Shown one piece after another: positions 16,604 through 26,207 of a stretch of DNA of 35,848 nt. Position numbers and translations under genes: made by a program. Within the stretch, counting starts at the first letter, position 1; every line of letters starts with the position of its first letter. Below the pieces are notes generated by a model that was not told the DNA's origin, made no database searches, and saw only the letters and a list, made by a program, of their open reading frames with translations. Origin of the DNA: a virus (Duplodnaviria > Caudoviricetes); IMG/VR virus record IMGVR_UViG_3300046832_000060, positions 1 to 35,848 of that record. The stretch is one strand, 5' to 3'.

Positions 16604-18307
16604 ATGGCAGATAACCCAAGATACCAAAGACAAAATATTCAGCTTGAAAATACTCAGCCATTTGATTTTGCTAATCTTAAAGAGTCAATAAGGTTATCAA
16701 AATCAACAGAAGCTGGATTAAATAGGATTTCTGAGTTTGCATTTAAAGCACAATCAGAAAAAGCTAAGAAAGCTGGTTTAGAATATGGCGTGGCTAACCC
16801 ACCTACATTAGCACAGATTTCAGAGGCTCAAGCAGAAGGTAAAGATATTAGAGACATCTTCTCAGAAGATTATACAGTTTTTGGTGAAGCAGCAAGAGCA
16901 GCGCAAGCATCTGCATTAAGAACAGATCTTGAAGGTCAAGCTCGTGATGAGTTTAGTAGAATGATAGCTGGCATTAATACAACAGATATTTCTCAGTTAG
17001 ATATGGTTAATATTAGATCTAATTTAGATGCTATTATTAATGGACATTCCAAAGTATTAGCTCAAGTTGGCCCAGAAGAATCATTAAAATATAGACAATC
17101 TGTTACTGTACTAGGCCATGCTGTTTATAAATCTGCTTTGGATAGAGTGGAAGGTCTTGTTAAAGCAGAGAATATTGTCAAAGTAGATGAGCAGTTAAAA
17201 ACTCTCAAAATCAATATCCCAACTCTATTAGAAGCATATCCAATATTTGAAGAATTTGATTTAGCATTATCTCTTGATAAAAAGACTATCAAAGAAATGA
17301 TGATGAATATAGATCCAGCCAAGATACCAGAATACACAAAACAAATGGATAATGTTATTAAGAATGCAATTATGGATCGCATTGGTGATTATGCATTAAA
17401 AGATAGAACATTTGCTGGAACTGCTGGTGAAGCAGCTATTAAGATTTCAGAAGGTCAAGCTGGAGATTATACTCAATATTTACGCAAATATGTTCCAGAA
17501 GATGAATGGATGGAAGTGGTTAAACGTAAGACTGAAAAGTCAGTCAAACAATATGCGCTTGTTGAAGCAAATGAAAAGTTAAACAATAAGCTAAAAGAAG
17601 ATGTATATAGAGATTTGCAAAGCCAATATTATAATGGCAAGATTGGTCCAGAACAATATATTCAACAAACTAAAGCTAATGGCATTAATATTAGCCCAAA
17701 AGAATATGAAGAAGTAATTGGCGGTACACAAAGCACTCCAGCAAAAGAAAGAATGTATAGCAATATGCTAGACAAAGTTGAAACTGATACACTTAGTATT
17801 GCTGATATTAGAGCCGCGGCTGGAAGAACTATTACATTTGCAGACGCACAGAAGCTTCAAGAAAAATATTACAGTCGTACTGGAGATGATAAAGAAGCTA
17901 ATAAAGTTATCATTGGTAGATTAGACGAAGTAAGCTTGGATAGTTTAATGCTTAAACCTGAGAAAATAGCTCAAGCTGCCAAGGCCAATAGAGATTTAAG
18001 AAAAAAACAAGATGATGCTCGAATTAAAGGTTTGCCATTTAATGTCAATGAAGAAGCGGAAAAAAGTATTAATGCTGTGCTTAAAGCAGATTCAACTGAA
18101 AAATATACAGAAGCTAAAGCTGAGTTAAAATCTATTACTTCTAAATATAATATACCATATTCAGAAGATGCTTATAAAGCTAAAGATGTAGATAAAAAAT
18201 ATAAAGATATAATTAAAGATGACAAAGAGCGTAAGAAAATGAAGGCTGCATTGCTTGATATTGAAGCATTTAAAACATTCCAAAAGAATAATGCTGGGGT
18301 AAATTAA
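16604..18307 (+). CDS. Internal virion/ejection protein, gp15-like
   Basis: Large helical ORF in the expected position. Confidence 0.6.
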   Translation: MADNPRYQRQNIQLENTQPFDFANLKESIRLSKSTEAGLNRISEFAFKAQSEKAKKAGLEYGVANPPTLAQISEAQAEGKDIRDIFSEDYTVFGEAARAAQASALRTDLEGQARDEFSRMIAGINTTDISQLDMVNIRSNLDAIINGHSKVLAQVGPEESLKYRQSVTVLGHAVYKSALDRVEGLVKAENIVKVDEQLKTLKINIPTLLEAYPIFEEFDLALSLDKKTIKEMMMNIDPAKIPEYTKQMDNVIKNAIMDRIGDYALKDRTFAGTAGEAAIKISEGQAGDYTQYLRKYVPEDEWMEVVKRKTEKSVKQYALVEANEKLNNKLKEDVYRDLQSQYYNGKIGPEQYIQQTKANGINISPKEYEEVIGGTQSTPAKERMYSNMLDKVETDTLSIADIRAAAGRTITFADAQKLQEKYYSRTGDDKEANKVIIGRLDEVSLDSLMLKPEKIAQAAKANRDLRKKQDDARIKGLPFNVNEEAEKSINAVLKADSTEKYTEAKAELKSITSKYNIPYSEDAYKAKDVDKKYKDIIKDDKERKKMKAALLDIEAFKTFQKNNAGVN

Positions 18308-18801
18308 TGAACCTAGATCAAAGATTTGAAGATTATAAACTTAATGCATATGTGCCAGAAGAAGAAGTTATTGTAAGACCAAAAGGATTGCCATCTCCTG
18401 GCATAGTTGCTCCATTGGTTACAGAAGGTGTTAGTGCAGTTGTATCTGACATTGAACAAAGACCAGCAGAGTCTTTATATGCATTAGGCAAAGGTGCTAT
18501 AGAAGGTGCAATAGGCACACCTGGAGATCTTATATCTATTCTTAAAGGTGCTTATTATGCTGCTACTACTCCAGAAGGCAAAAGCAAGCTTGAGGAATTT
18601 ACACGCGGGTTAGAATCATCTACTGGATTGCCTACTACTGAAGATGTTAAAGCGTTTATAAATGAGTTAGTTCCACAATTACAAACAAAAGCAACAGCTG
18701 CTGAATCAGTTGGCGAGATTATAGCTCCATCTGGTCTAGCAACACTTGCTACAAAAGGTGTAGTTAAAGGTATTAAGCAAATCAAAAAGGCTACTAAATG
18801 A
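18307..18801 (+). CDS. Putative internal virion protein
   Basis: Coupled ORF in the ejection cluster with Gly/Ala-rich amphipathic segments. Confidence 0.55.
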   Translation: MNLDQRFEDYKLNAYVPEEEVIVRPKGLPSPGIVAPLVTEGVSAVVSDIEQRPAESLYALGKGAIEGAIGTPGDLISILKGAYYAATTPEGKSKLEEFTRGLESSTGLPTTEDVKAFINELVPQLQTKATAAESVGEIIAPSGLATLATKGVVKGIKQIKKATK

Positions 18802-21800
18802 CAATTGACAATAGACCATTAGATCAAAGATTAAATGCACTTGATAATGTGACTCAAGAATTAGATCAAGTTACAAAGACTATTGATCCTAATGAAACCA
18901 CTACTGCTACATTAGAACAATCTGTTCCTTATACAACACAAGGCGATTTAATATCTGATGAAACAACACCATTGCCAGAACAAACAGATCCAGTATTTAC
19001 TGGAGAAAAAATAGATACAGCTGGTCTAAGAGACATTGGTGTTAAGGTTCTTAAAAAGATTACTACTAAAACACCTAAAGATGCTGTGTCTGATTTAGCT
19101 ATGCCAATTGTTAAAGAAGGCAAAACAATAGAAAAGGCTGGTCAATTTACAATCATTCCAGAAGCTCCAAAGAAAACAACACAAAAAGTTATGCAACAAA
19201 TGGAAGTCCCATCAGCATCAGGTGAGATTGATAAAATGTTGTTTGACCCCACAGCACCATTAGACTTTAATAATCTTGGTCAAGCTGTTACTAATGCATA
19301 TGAATTAGGTAAGTATAAAAAATTATCATATAAAGAAATTGTAGAGCGCAATACTACACCTAAAGCATTTATTACTGAAAATGGCGTAACAGTTAAAGAA
19401 TTTGAAACTAAAGAGTTAGCAGATAAATGGGTGGCATCACAACCAAATGCTGAACAACTTGCAGTATCTGTAGAGCCTATTTACGATGAAAAGTTCTTGG
19501 CTCGTATGCTAGATGCTAATGGACAAACTATTGCTGATCCTAATGAGATTGCAAAGTTACCATATATAGCTCGAAGCATTCAAGATAAGAATATTTCTTT
19601 ATATAGAAACTATTTAGAAGCTAAAGCTAAAGACCCAGAAAGCATTGAGACTAAAGATTTGGCAGCTAAGTTTGCATTAGGACTTAACCTCGAAGGCAAC
19701 TTTATGGGTTCTGTTACTGGCAAACGTAGGGACATTGCTAGGTCTCTTGGTGTATTAAGAGAAGCGTATAAAGCATCTGGCACAAGCCCAGAAAGAGCAT
19801 TAATGTTAGATAGTATTCTTAATGGCTCAGGTGGCTTAGATAATATTGATGACATTGGTAAGCATTATATTGCTCTTAATTCAAGACTTGATAGAGCTGC
19901 ATTGGCAGAAAAAACATTATTCAGTAGCGCTAAAGATGTATGGTACGCAACATGGATAAATGGTTTGTTATCATCTCCAGTGACTCACGCAAAGAATATT
20001 GCTGGTAACTCATTGTTTGGTATGTGGCAAGTTCCAGAAAACTTTGTGGCATCAGTATTAGGCAAAGGCAGATCTGTTCTTACTGGCAATAAAGATTATA
20101 TTCAAATGAATGAAGTTATGGATAAAGCATCAGCTATGTCTATGTCTTTATCAGATGCATTTAGACTTGGAGCTAAAGCATTTAAAACTAATACTCCATC
20201 AGATCCTCTTACTAAACTTGAGATGAGAACTGCTGGTAGAGATGATTTTAATCTTAACTTTGGTGATAGTACATTTGGTAAAGCTATGTCAGATGGTGTT
20301 AAATACTATGGCAACTTTATTACATTACCAGGTCGAGCATTGATGGCAGAAGATGAGTTTTTTAAAGCCATCGGTTATCGTGGAGAGTTGGCTGCCTTAG
20401 CAAGACGAGATGCTAATAAAAAGTATAACGAATTAATAGCAGCAAATATTGATCCAGATGTGGCTCGTAAACAAGTAACAAATTATCATGCTTCATTATT
20501 AGAAAATCCTACAGATGAAATGCATGAACTTGCAACTAAAGAAGCACGTACTATGACATTTACTGCTGAATTAGAAGGCTCACTCAGATTAGCTAATAAA
20601 GCAATTAATACTGAATTTAAGGGATTCCCATATGGAAAACTATTCTTTCCGTTCGTACGAACTCCAGCAAATATTATTAAAGAAACATTATCTCGTAGCC
20701 CATTAGGTATTCCATCAGCTATTAGCACAGCTATTCAAAAAGGTGGCATTGAGGGTGATAAAGCATTAGCTAAAGTAACATTAGGTGGTGCAGCCATGTA
20801 TAGTATGTATCAATATACATTAGGTGGTAATCTCACTGGTGCTGGTCCAGTAAGGCGCAAAGATTTAGAAGCGCTTAAAGGAACAGGATGGCAACCATTT
20901 TCTTTGGTATTTAATAAAGCTGACGTAGACCAGGAGTTAGTTGATAAATTTTCTGATATTACTAATGTAAATGTAGGCGCAGATAAGATCTATATTTCTT
21001 ACGAATCATTAGGCCCATTAGCATCTTTACTTGGTATGTCAGCTACATCTGCTGAATATTCAATGACAGATCCAGAAGAAGAAGGGTTAGATAAATTAGC
21101 ACTGAATGGTGCAGTTGGTCTTTATGATTACATGTCTAATTTAGATATGCTTCAAGGTATTGGGGATATACATGATATGTTCTCTAGCGATGCTCAATCA
21201 GCGCCAGGCAAGTTCTATGCTATTGCATCTAAGGTTACCAAGAAAGCTGTAGAGTTTGGCATAGGAGGATCTCCAGCTGGAGCATACTCAAGCCTATCTG
21301 CTACCTATGAAAGATATAGTAATCCAGAAAAATCTAACTTAATGAGAGAAGAAACATCATTAAGATCAGATGCTAATGCATTCTATGATGGATACTGGCA
21401 AACATTAGCACAATATAAATCACGCAATCCATTGTTAAGTGATAGTTTACCACCAGCTTTAGATCCATTAACTGGAGAAACTAAGAAAGTTGGCAAAGGA
21501 AACTTCTATGAAACCTTCAATCCATTCAAAAGATCAGATGGTACTAATATAGAAGGATATCTAACCTTAGTAGAATATGGTGTGCCAGCATATATCCCAC
21601 AAAAATCTAAAGATGGCGTTATGTTATCGGGTGAACAGTACAATAGATGGATAGAAATTGCAACAAATGATGGTGCTTTAGAGAAAAGAGTAGTAAAATT
21701 GGGAGAACTTTATAAGCGCATTAAAGGTATGGATATGTCTGTGGCTCAAAAAGCTATTCAAAAAGAGATATCTGATACATATGGACTAGCATGGGACAGA

Positions 21801-21884
21801 CTTGTTCAAGAAGATGTAGACTTACAAATAGCTTTAGAAGATATGAAAGAAATTCAAAGAGAAACTGGTATTTATACAAGGTAA
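18798..21884 (+). CDS. Large internal virion/ejection protein, gp16-like
   Basis: 1028 aa; INGLLSSPVTH, DEFFK and FPFVRTPANI motifs; precedes the tail fibre. Confidence 0.75.
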   Translation: MTIDNRPLDQRLNALDNVTQELDQVTKTIDPNETTTATLEQSVPYTTQGDLISDETTPLPEQTDPVFTGEKIDTAGLRDIGVKVLKKITTKTPKDAVSDLAMPIVKEGKTIEKAGQFTIIPEAPKKTTQKVMQQMEVPSASGEIDKMLFDPTAPLDFNNLGQAVTNAYELGKYKKLSYKEIVERNTTPKAFITENGVTVKEFETKELADKWVASQPNAEQLAVSVEPIYDEKFLARMLDANGQTIADPNEIAKLPYIARSIQDKNISLYRNYLEAKAKDPESIETKDLAAKFALGLNLEGNFMGSVTGKRRDIARSLGVLREAYKASGTSPERALMLDSILNGSGGLDNIDDIGKHYIALNSRLDRAALAEKTLFSSAKDVWYATWINGLLSSPVTHAKNIAGNSLFGMWQVPENFVASVLGKGRSVLTGNKDYIQMNEVMDKASAMSMSLSDAFRLGAKAFKTNTPSDPLTKLEMRTAGRDDFNLNFGDSTFGKAMSDGVKYYGNFITLPGRALMAEDEFFKAIGYRGELAALARRDANKKYNELIAANIDPDVARKQVTNYHASLLENPTDEMHELATKEARTMTFTAELEGSLRLANKAINTEFKGFPYGKLFFPFVRTPANIIKETLSRSPLGIPSAISTAIQKGGIEGDKALAKVTLGGAAMYSMYQYTLGGNLTGAGPVRRKDLEALKGTGWQPFSLVFNKADVDQELVDKFSDITNVNVGADKIYISYESLGPLASLLGMSATSAEYSMTDPEEEGLDKLALNGAVGLYDYMSNLDMLQGIGDIHDMFSSDAQSAPGKFYAIASKVTKKAVEFGIGGSPAGAYSSLSATYERYSNPEKSNLMREETSLRSDANAFYDGYWQTLAQYKSRNPLLSDSLPPALDPLTGETKKVGKGNFYETFNPFKRSDGTNIEGYLTLVEYGVPAYIPQKSKDGVMLSGEQYNRWIEIATNDGALEKRVVKLGELYKRIKGMDMSVAQKAIQKEISDTYGLAWDRLVQEDVDLQIALEDMKEIQRETGIYTR

Positions 21885-21891
21885 ATAAAAC

Positions 21892-23703
21892 ATGGCTGAC
21901 TATCCAATAACAAGCGTAGCAAGACGAATCGTATACACAGGATCTGCGGGTGTAGGCCCTTATGCCTTTTCGTTTCCTGTCATTGTAAATACAGATATCG
22001 CAGTATACAAGAATAGCACACTTCTTACATTAACAACAGATTACACTGTAACCATTAGCGGAACTACTGGTCAAGGATCAGTTACATTAGTAGTAGCTGC
22101 TACTGGTGCTGATCGTATCACTATTGTAGGTGCAAGAGCTATTGAGCGTTCAACAGACTTCGTAACGGGTGGTGACTTCTTTGCCAATACACTTAATACA
22201 GAATTAGACTCAGAAGTAATCTTTGTTCAACAAGTAGCTGAAACAGCAGAGCGTTCATTAAAAGCTCCTGTAACAGATCCTACGACTATTAACATGACAT
22301 TGCCATTGAATACTGTGCGTGCTAATAAGACGCTTGCATTCGATGCTGATGGTAATCCTGTTGTGGGTGAGCAAATTGGTGACTATCGTGGTAACTGGGC
22401 AGCTGCTACATCTTATAACAAACGAGATCTCGTTAAAGATACAACTACCAATAATATCTATATTTGCTTAACAGCACATACATCAAGTGGTAGCCAACCA
22501 ATAACAACAAATACAGACTCAGCTAAATGGGGACTTATTGTAGACGCATCAGCTTCTACTAATGCTGCATCTAACTCATCTAATTCAGCAAACAACTCTA
22601 GCAACTTTGCTAATAACGCAAGCAACTCAGCCAATGCTGCAAGTAATAGCTCTAACAATGCATCTAACTTTGCTAACAACGCATCTAACTCAGCTAACAC
22701 AGCTTCCAATGCTCAAGCTAACGTAGCAGCTAATGCAAGTGCAGCATCTAATAGCGCTAATAACTCATCTAACTTTGCAAATAATGCGTCTAATAGTGCT
22801 AATGCTTCTAGCAATCATGCAAATAATGCATCTAATTTTGCGAATAACGCAAGTAATAGTGCAACTAGTTCTAGTGGATTTGCAAGTAACGCAAGTAATC
22901 ATGCTAATAATGCATCCAATAGTGCTAATGCTGCGGCAGCTTCATCAACAACTGCAAACACAGCAGCTAATAATTCAAGCAATGCGTCAAGCAATTCAAG
23001 TAACTTTGCAAACAATTCAAGCAATTCAGCCAATGCAGCTGCATTATCTGCAAGTGGTGCATCCAATTCAGCTAACAATGCTTCTAATAGTGCCAACGCT
23101 GCATCATCAGCACAGACAGCAGCAGAGTCAGCACGTGATGCAACACTAGCTGCATATGATTCATTTGATGATAGATATCTAGGTGCTAAATCATCTAATC
23201 CAACAGTAGACAATGATGGCAATGCGCTACTTGCTGGATCTTTATACTACAATACAGTTGTTCCAGAAATGCGTTTATACACTGGATCAGCATGGGTAGC
23301 TGCTTATGTATCTGGTGCATCATACTTAGCTGTCGCTAATAATTTATCTGACGTAGCTAACGTAGCTACATCAAGATCTAACTTACTAGCTGTTGGATAC
23401 ACAACAACTACAGGATCTGCTCAGTTACCAGCTGGCACAACAGGACAACGAGATGCATCTCCTCAAGCTGGATACATTCGATACAATAGTTCTACGCCAG
23501 GCTTTGAAGGATACAATGGCACAGCATGGGGATCTATCGGTGGAGGCGCATCTGCTGGTGGTGCGATCTATGAGAACACATTAACAATTAGCGCTAACTA
23601 CACATTAACAACAAGCACCAATGGATTATCAGTTGGCCCAATCACAGTCGCTTCTGGCGCAACAGTTACTGTAGGATCTGGCCAGAGATGGCTTGTACTA
23701 TAA
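21892..23703 (+). CDS. Tail fibre with T7 gp17-type N-terminal anchor and Asn/Ala/Ser heptad stalk
   Basis: YAFSFPV...DYTV...LNTELD N-terminus; FDDRYLGAK; GYIRYN...FEGYNG; C-terminal GPITVASGATVTV. Confidence 0.88.
   Translation: MADYPITSVARRIVYTGSAGVGPYAFSFPVIVNTDIAVYKNSTLLTLTTDYTVTISGTTGQGSVTLVVAATGADRITIVGARAIERSTDFVTGGDFFANTLNTELDSEVIFVQQVAETAERSLKAPVTDPTTINMTLPLNTVRANKTLAFDADGNPVVGEQIGDYRGNWAAATSYNKRDLVKDTTTNNIYICLTAHTSSGSQPITTNTDSAKWGLIVDASASTNAASNSSNSANNSSNFANNASNSANAASNSSNNASNFANNASNSANTASNAQANVAANASAASNSANNSSNFANNASNSANASSNHANNASNFANNASNSATSSSGFASNASNHANNASNSANAAAASSTTANTAANNSSNASSNSSNFANNSSNSANAAALSASGASNSANNASNSANAASSAQTAAESARDATLAAYDSFDDRYLGAKSSNPTVDNDGNALLAGSLYYNTVVPEMRLYTGSAWVAAYVSGASYLAVANNLSDVANVATSRSNLLAVGYTTTTGSAQLPAGTTGQRDASPQAGYIRYNSSTPGFEGYNGTAWGSIGGGASAGGAIYENTLTISANYTLTTSTNGLSVGPITVASGATVTVGSGQRWLVL
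22561..23140 (+). repeat. Degenerate 21-nt (7-aa) coding repeat, consensus ASN(S/F/H)ANN
   Basis: Roughly 27 heptads visible in the translation. Confidence 0.85.
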
Positions 23704-23713
23704 AGGAAAATAA

Positions 23714-24214
23714 ATGGCAAATATTATAAATGCAATTACGAGTGGGGCTGGCGGATTATCAACAAGCGCTGATAGTTCTGGCACATTAAACATACAGTCT
23801 GCTGGCTCTACAGTATTAGCACTTACATCTAGTGGAACAACAGTAACTGGCACTGGATCTTATTCTGGCAACTTATCTTTTAACTCTGGCTATGGATCAG
23901 CAGCAGTTGCATACGGATGTAGAGCTTGGGTAAACTTTAACGGAACTGGCACAGTAGCAATTAGAGCTAGTGGTAATGTAACAAGTATTACTGATAATGG
24001 AACTGGTATTTATACAATTAACTTTACTACTGCTATGCCTGATGCAAACTATTCTGCTGTATTAACTTGTAATGAATCTGCATCAGGAAGTGGAACAGGA
24101 ATTATAGCAAGAATGGTAAATACAGCAACAACAAGTGCATTGCCAATAGAAACTGTAAATTTAAGTGCAACTAGATATGATCAAGCTTTTATATGTTGTG
24201 CAGTATTTCGTTAA
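23714..24214 (+). CDS. Tail-fibre distal module 1
   Basis: CRAWVNFNGTGTVAIRASGNVTSITDNGTGIYTINF motif. Confidence 0.75.
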   Translation: MANIINAITSGAGGLSTSADSSGTLNIQSAGSTVLALTSSGTTVTGTGSYSGNLSFNSGYGSAAVAYGCRAWVNFNGTGTVAIRASGNVTSITDNGTGIYTINFTTAMPDANYSAVLTCNESASGSGTGIIARMVNTATTSALPIETVNLSATRYDQAFICCAVFR

Positions 24215-24225
24215 AAGGAAAAATT

Positions 24226-24411
24226 ATGAACAAAAGAATTGTATATCAAAATGACGAAGGTGGAATTAGCATTATAGTTCCAGCAGATTGTGGTTTAACT
24301 ATTGAAGAAATTGCTGCTAAAGATGTTCCAGCTGGCAAAGCATATAACATTGTAGACGTATCTGAAATACCAACAGACAGAACTTTTAGGGATGCATGGA
24401 CATGGGAATAA
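24226..24411 (+). CDS. Putative tail-fibre chaperone, N-part-like
   Basis: AAGGA RBS before ATG 24226; KDVP...DRTFRDAW motif. Confidence 0.7.
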   Translation: MNKRIVYQNDEGGISIIVPADCGLTIEEIAAKDVPAGKAYNIVDVSEIPTDRTFRDAWTWE

Positions 24412-24626
24412 TTGTTGATATAAACAAAGCTAAAGATATCACTAAGGATAGATTACGTCAAGAGCGTAAGTCATTATTAGAAGCACAAGATGTAGCATTC
24501 CAACGTGCTTTAGAATCTAATGCAGACACATCTGCTATTGTTGCAGAGAAACAAAGACTTCGTGATATTACTAATCAAGTAGACACAATGACTACTGTAG
24601 AAGAATTAAAAGGAGCATCACTATGA
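24396..24626 (+). CDS. Putative tail-fibre assembly chaperone
   Basis: R..R..LL...D...KQRLRDIT motif; the start may be 24402. Confidence 0.7.
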   Translation: MDMGIIVDINKAKDITKDRLRQERKSLLEAQDVAFQRALESNADTSAIVAEKQRLRDITNQVDTMTTVEELKGASL

Positions 24627-25390
24627 GTTCAGTCTACTGGATACATCATCCAGAACATACTGATATGTTCTCACAAGGATATATAGGTGTGTCAAAAGAC
24701 TTGAAGAAAAGATGGAATGACCATGCTAAGCGCACAAACAATGCTCACTTGTTACATGCTATTAAGAAATATGGATGGGATAGTTTAGTTAAAGAAGTTG
24801 TATTAGTGGCTGAAGAAACATATTGCTTAATGATTGAAGCTAAGTTAAGAGCTGAAAATAAGATAGGCTGGAACATTGTTAAAGGTGGAGGTATGCCACC
24901 AAGTGCTTTAGGCATGAAATTTACTAGGTCAGAAGAATGGAAACAAAAGCAAAGTGTTGCAAGAAAAGGTAAGCCTTCTTGGAATAAAGGTATTAAATAT
25001 ACAGAAGAACAAAAGTCTAATGTATTTAAATTATCTGAATACATGAAAGATAAACCACATGGCATGCTAGGGAAAACACAATCCATAGAGTCTATTGAGT
25101 CTATGAAGCAAAAGAAGATTGGTAAAAAACAAACACTAGAGTCTGTAGAAAAAAGACGTAAAGCTATGATTGGTTATGTATACACAAAAACTACTTGCCC
25201 AAACTGCAATAAGTCTGTTTCTATCAACATGGCAAAAAGGTATCATTTTGATAAATGCAAAGGAACAAGACCATTTATTGCTAGAACAACACTAGATAAT
25301 AAACGTATATTTTTAGGAAGATTTATGACTAAAGAATTAGCAATTCAAGCAGTAGACAATTATAAGAAGGAGCATGTATCATGCCATTAA
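24623..25390 (+). CDS. Freestanding GIY-YIG homing endonuclease with NUMOD3-like repeats
   Basis: VYWI...GYIGVS...R...H; GWNIVKGG; PSWNKG; CPNC; C-terminal FLGRF.T.E.A. Confidence 0.85.
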   Translation: MSSVYWIHHPEHTDMFSQGYIGVSKDLKKRWNDHAKRTNNAHLLHAIKKYGWDSLVKEVVLVAEETYCLMIEAKLRAENKIGWNIVKGGGMPPSALGMKFTRSEEWKQKQSVARKGKPSWNKGIKYTEEQKSNVFKLSEYMKDKPHGMLGKTQSIESIESMKQKKIGKKQTLESVEKRRKAMIGYVYTKTTCPNCNKSVSINMAKRYHFDKCKGTRPFIARTTLDNKRIFLGRFMTKELAIQAVDNYKKEHVSCH

Positions 25391-26028
25391 TTTTAGCTGG
25401 AGCTACATCTGGTGCTACAACAATACAAGCTACTGATGGTGCTACACAAACTATCACGTTACCAAATAATACAGGGACTATAGTAACAGACAGCGCTACT
25501 CAAACACTTACAAATAAAACATTAACAAGCCCAGTCATTAGTGGCACTCCAACAGGTGTAGGTGTATTAACAGCAGGCACAGCAGTATCAGCTAGTGGAA
25601 CTTCTGTTGACTTTACTGGTATTCCTAGCTGGGTAAAGCGGATTTCCATTGTTTATTCAGGTTTAAGTACAAACGGAAGTAGTTCTTTGCTAATTCAATT
25701 AGGTGATTCAGGGGGAATTGAAACAACTGGCTATATAAGCACTACAGTTACTGATGATAGCTCAGGTGGCTCTGCTGGTACAAGCTCAACAAGTGGGTTT
25801 TTAATATGGCAAGATAGTGCAAGTTATGCAACTCAAGGAATAGCAACAATTATTAACATTACAGGAAATAATTGGGTTCTTTCTCAGGCGGGTAGATTGC
25901 TTTCTACAAACGTTACTTCTTGCGCTGGTGATAAAACACTTTCAGCTACTTTAGATCGAGTCCGAATTACCACCGTAAACGGCACAGACGCATTTGATGC
26001 TGGCTCAATTAACATATTGTATGAATAG
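25381..26028 (+). CDS. Tail-fibre distal module 2
   Basis: TQTLTNKTLTSP shaft motif; FTGIPSWVKRI...FDAGSINILYE. Confidence 0.75.
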   Translation: MPLILAGATSGATTIQATDGATQTITLPNNTGTIVTDSATQTLTNKTLTSPVISGTPTGVGVLTAGTAVSASGTSVDFTGIPSWVKRISIVYSGLSTNGSSSLLIQLGDSGGIETTGYISTTVTDDSSGGSAGTSSTSGFLIWQDSASYATQGIATIINITGNNWVLSQAGRLLSTNVTSCAGDKTLSATLDRVRITTVNGTDAFDAGSINILYE

Positions 26029-26036
26029 GAATTAAT

Positions 26037-26207
26037 ATGAGAAAAGAATTAAATGTAATTACTGGTGAAGTTACAGAACATGAAGATGCTCCTGTAACAT
26101 GGGTAGTTCCTGTAGAAATAGCACAACCACAACCTACAGTAGAGCAACTACAAGCACAACTAGCAGACATTGCTACTAAACTACAAGCACTACAAGGAGC
26201 AGCATAA
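26037..26207 (+). CDS. Small tail-associated protein, 56 aa
   Basis: Translated by hand: MRKELNVITGEV...PTVEQLQAQLADIATKLQAL; AGGA RBS; TAATG coupling. Not in the track. Confidence 0.75.
   Translation: MRKELNVITGEVTEHEDAPVTWVVPVEIAQPQPTVEQLQAQLADIATKLQALQGAA

Noticed and set aside
22561-23140. CRISPR-like or satellite array
   Set aside because: In-frame coding heptads with synonymous variation; no constant repeat with unique spacers.
24623-25390. Group I intron around the GIY-YIG gene
   Set aside because: The ORF overlaps intact genes on both sides, with no space for intron core helices.
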